Assembly: GCF_022045235.1 (NCBI RefSeq)
Contig: NW_027266308.1
Coordinates: forward strand, 53,382,001 to 53,446,000
Direction: 5' to 3'
DNA from: Haliotis cracherodii
Taxonomy: Eukaryota
DNA: 64,000 nucleotides
Part shown: positions 63,542-64,000 of the stretch, in pieces
Layout of the letters: each line of letters begins with the position of its first letter
Numbering within the stretch: the stretch's first letter is position 1
Position numbers and translations under genes: made by a program
Notes under the pieces: generated by a model
Told to the model about the DNA's origin: nothing
Database searches by the model: none
The model's input: only the letters and a program-made list of their open reading frames with translations

Positions 63542-64000
63542 AACCTTCGGGGATGTATTCGTGGCCAGACGAAGCACGAGGGCGTAATTTGTGCAATATG
63601 CACTGCAGTCCAATGTTGAACTCATCTTGGGCCTGCTTTGTTGTTACTATTAATGTATATATTGTTGTGTTTACGTTATGGATTGCAACTGTCATTTGAA
63701 GAGGACTGTGTAAATGTTTCTGAGATAATAAACATTATCTGAAAACTATCATTTCCTGTTCTTATGAAACACGCATTTTCCCACTTTCATGTAAACCACG
63801 ATTACAAATATCTTACTGATAAACAAAGGATCCTAAACAGGCGAATCTTGGATTCGAACACATGATTGGTGGATGTTGGTTGGACTAAGAGACAAACCTC
63901 TGCACCGTTCAAATGAATCTGCTTAAAGGAAACTTTTATTGTGAAATTTAACCGTTCTTTAGGTTGTGTGATATGAAATATAAAGCATTGTATAAATCAT

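Larger units (their letters stand above)
31579..64000 (+). repeat. Homeobox-gene macrosatellite: head-to-tail ~4210-4219-bp units, at least 8 gene copies, continuing past the window end (homology also extends left to ~22750, before the nested insertion)
   Basis: Anchor tgttaatgcctggccc at 31579, 37324, 41541, 45760, 53332, 57542, 61752 (periods 4217, 4219, 7572 = 4210 + LINE + TSD, 4210, 4210); the same ORF set repeats in the ORF track. Confidence 0.97.

Overview
AT-rich animal genomic DNA with spliceosomal introns. The SINE/LINE repertoire looks molluscan, possibly abalone-like (inference only; no search was run). Region 1-22.7 kb holds the last two coding exons of a GDA1/CD39 (NTPDase) family gene, then a repeat-rich intergenic stretch: tRNA-derived SINEs, MITEs, Penelope-like RT remnants, minisatellites, old local duplications and one assembly gap. 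Region 23.0-31.6 kb is a nested insertion: a 7268-bp DNA transposon with 19-bp TIRs, a TAA TSD and one intact 1841-aa ORF (AcademX-like: DDE transposase + XPG/PIN nuclease + Cys-rich tail) sits in the 3' UTR of a 5'-truncated RNase H LINE, which itself sits in the first unit of a tandem array. From 31.6 kb to the window end is the main finding: a head-to-tail ~4.21-kb macrosatellite in which each unit carries a 4-exon, 238-aa PRD-class-like Q50 homeobox gene that the ORF track misses because two introns split the homeodomain. Six copies are intact and two edge copies are deletion pseudogenes. A second LINE of the same family is inserted between the TATA box and the initiator of copy 5. The architecture is reminiscent of the mammalian DUX4/D4Z4 and Dux arrays, but in an invertebrate and with an intron-containing gene.
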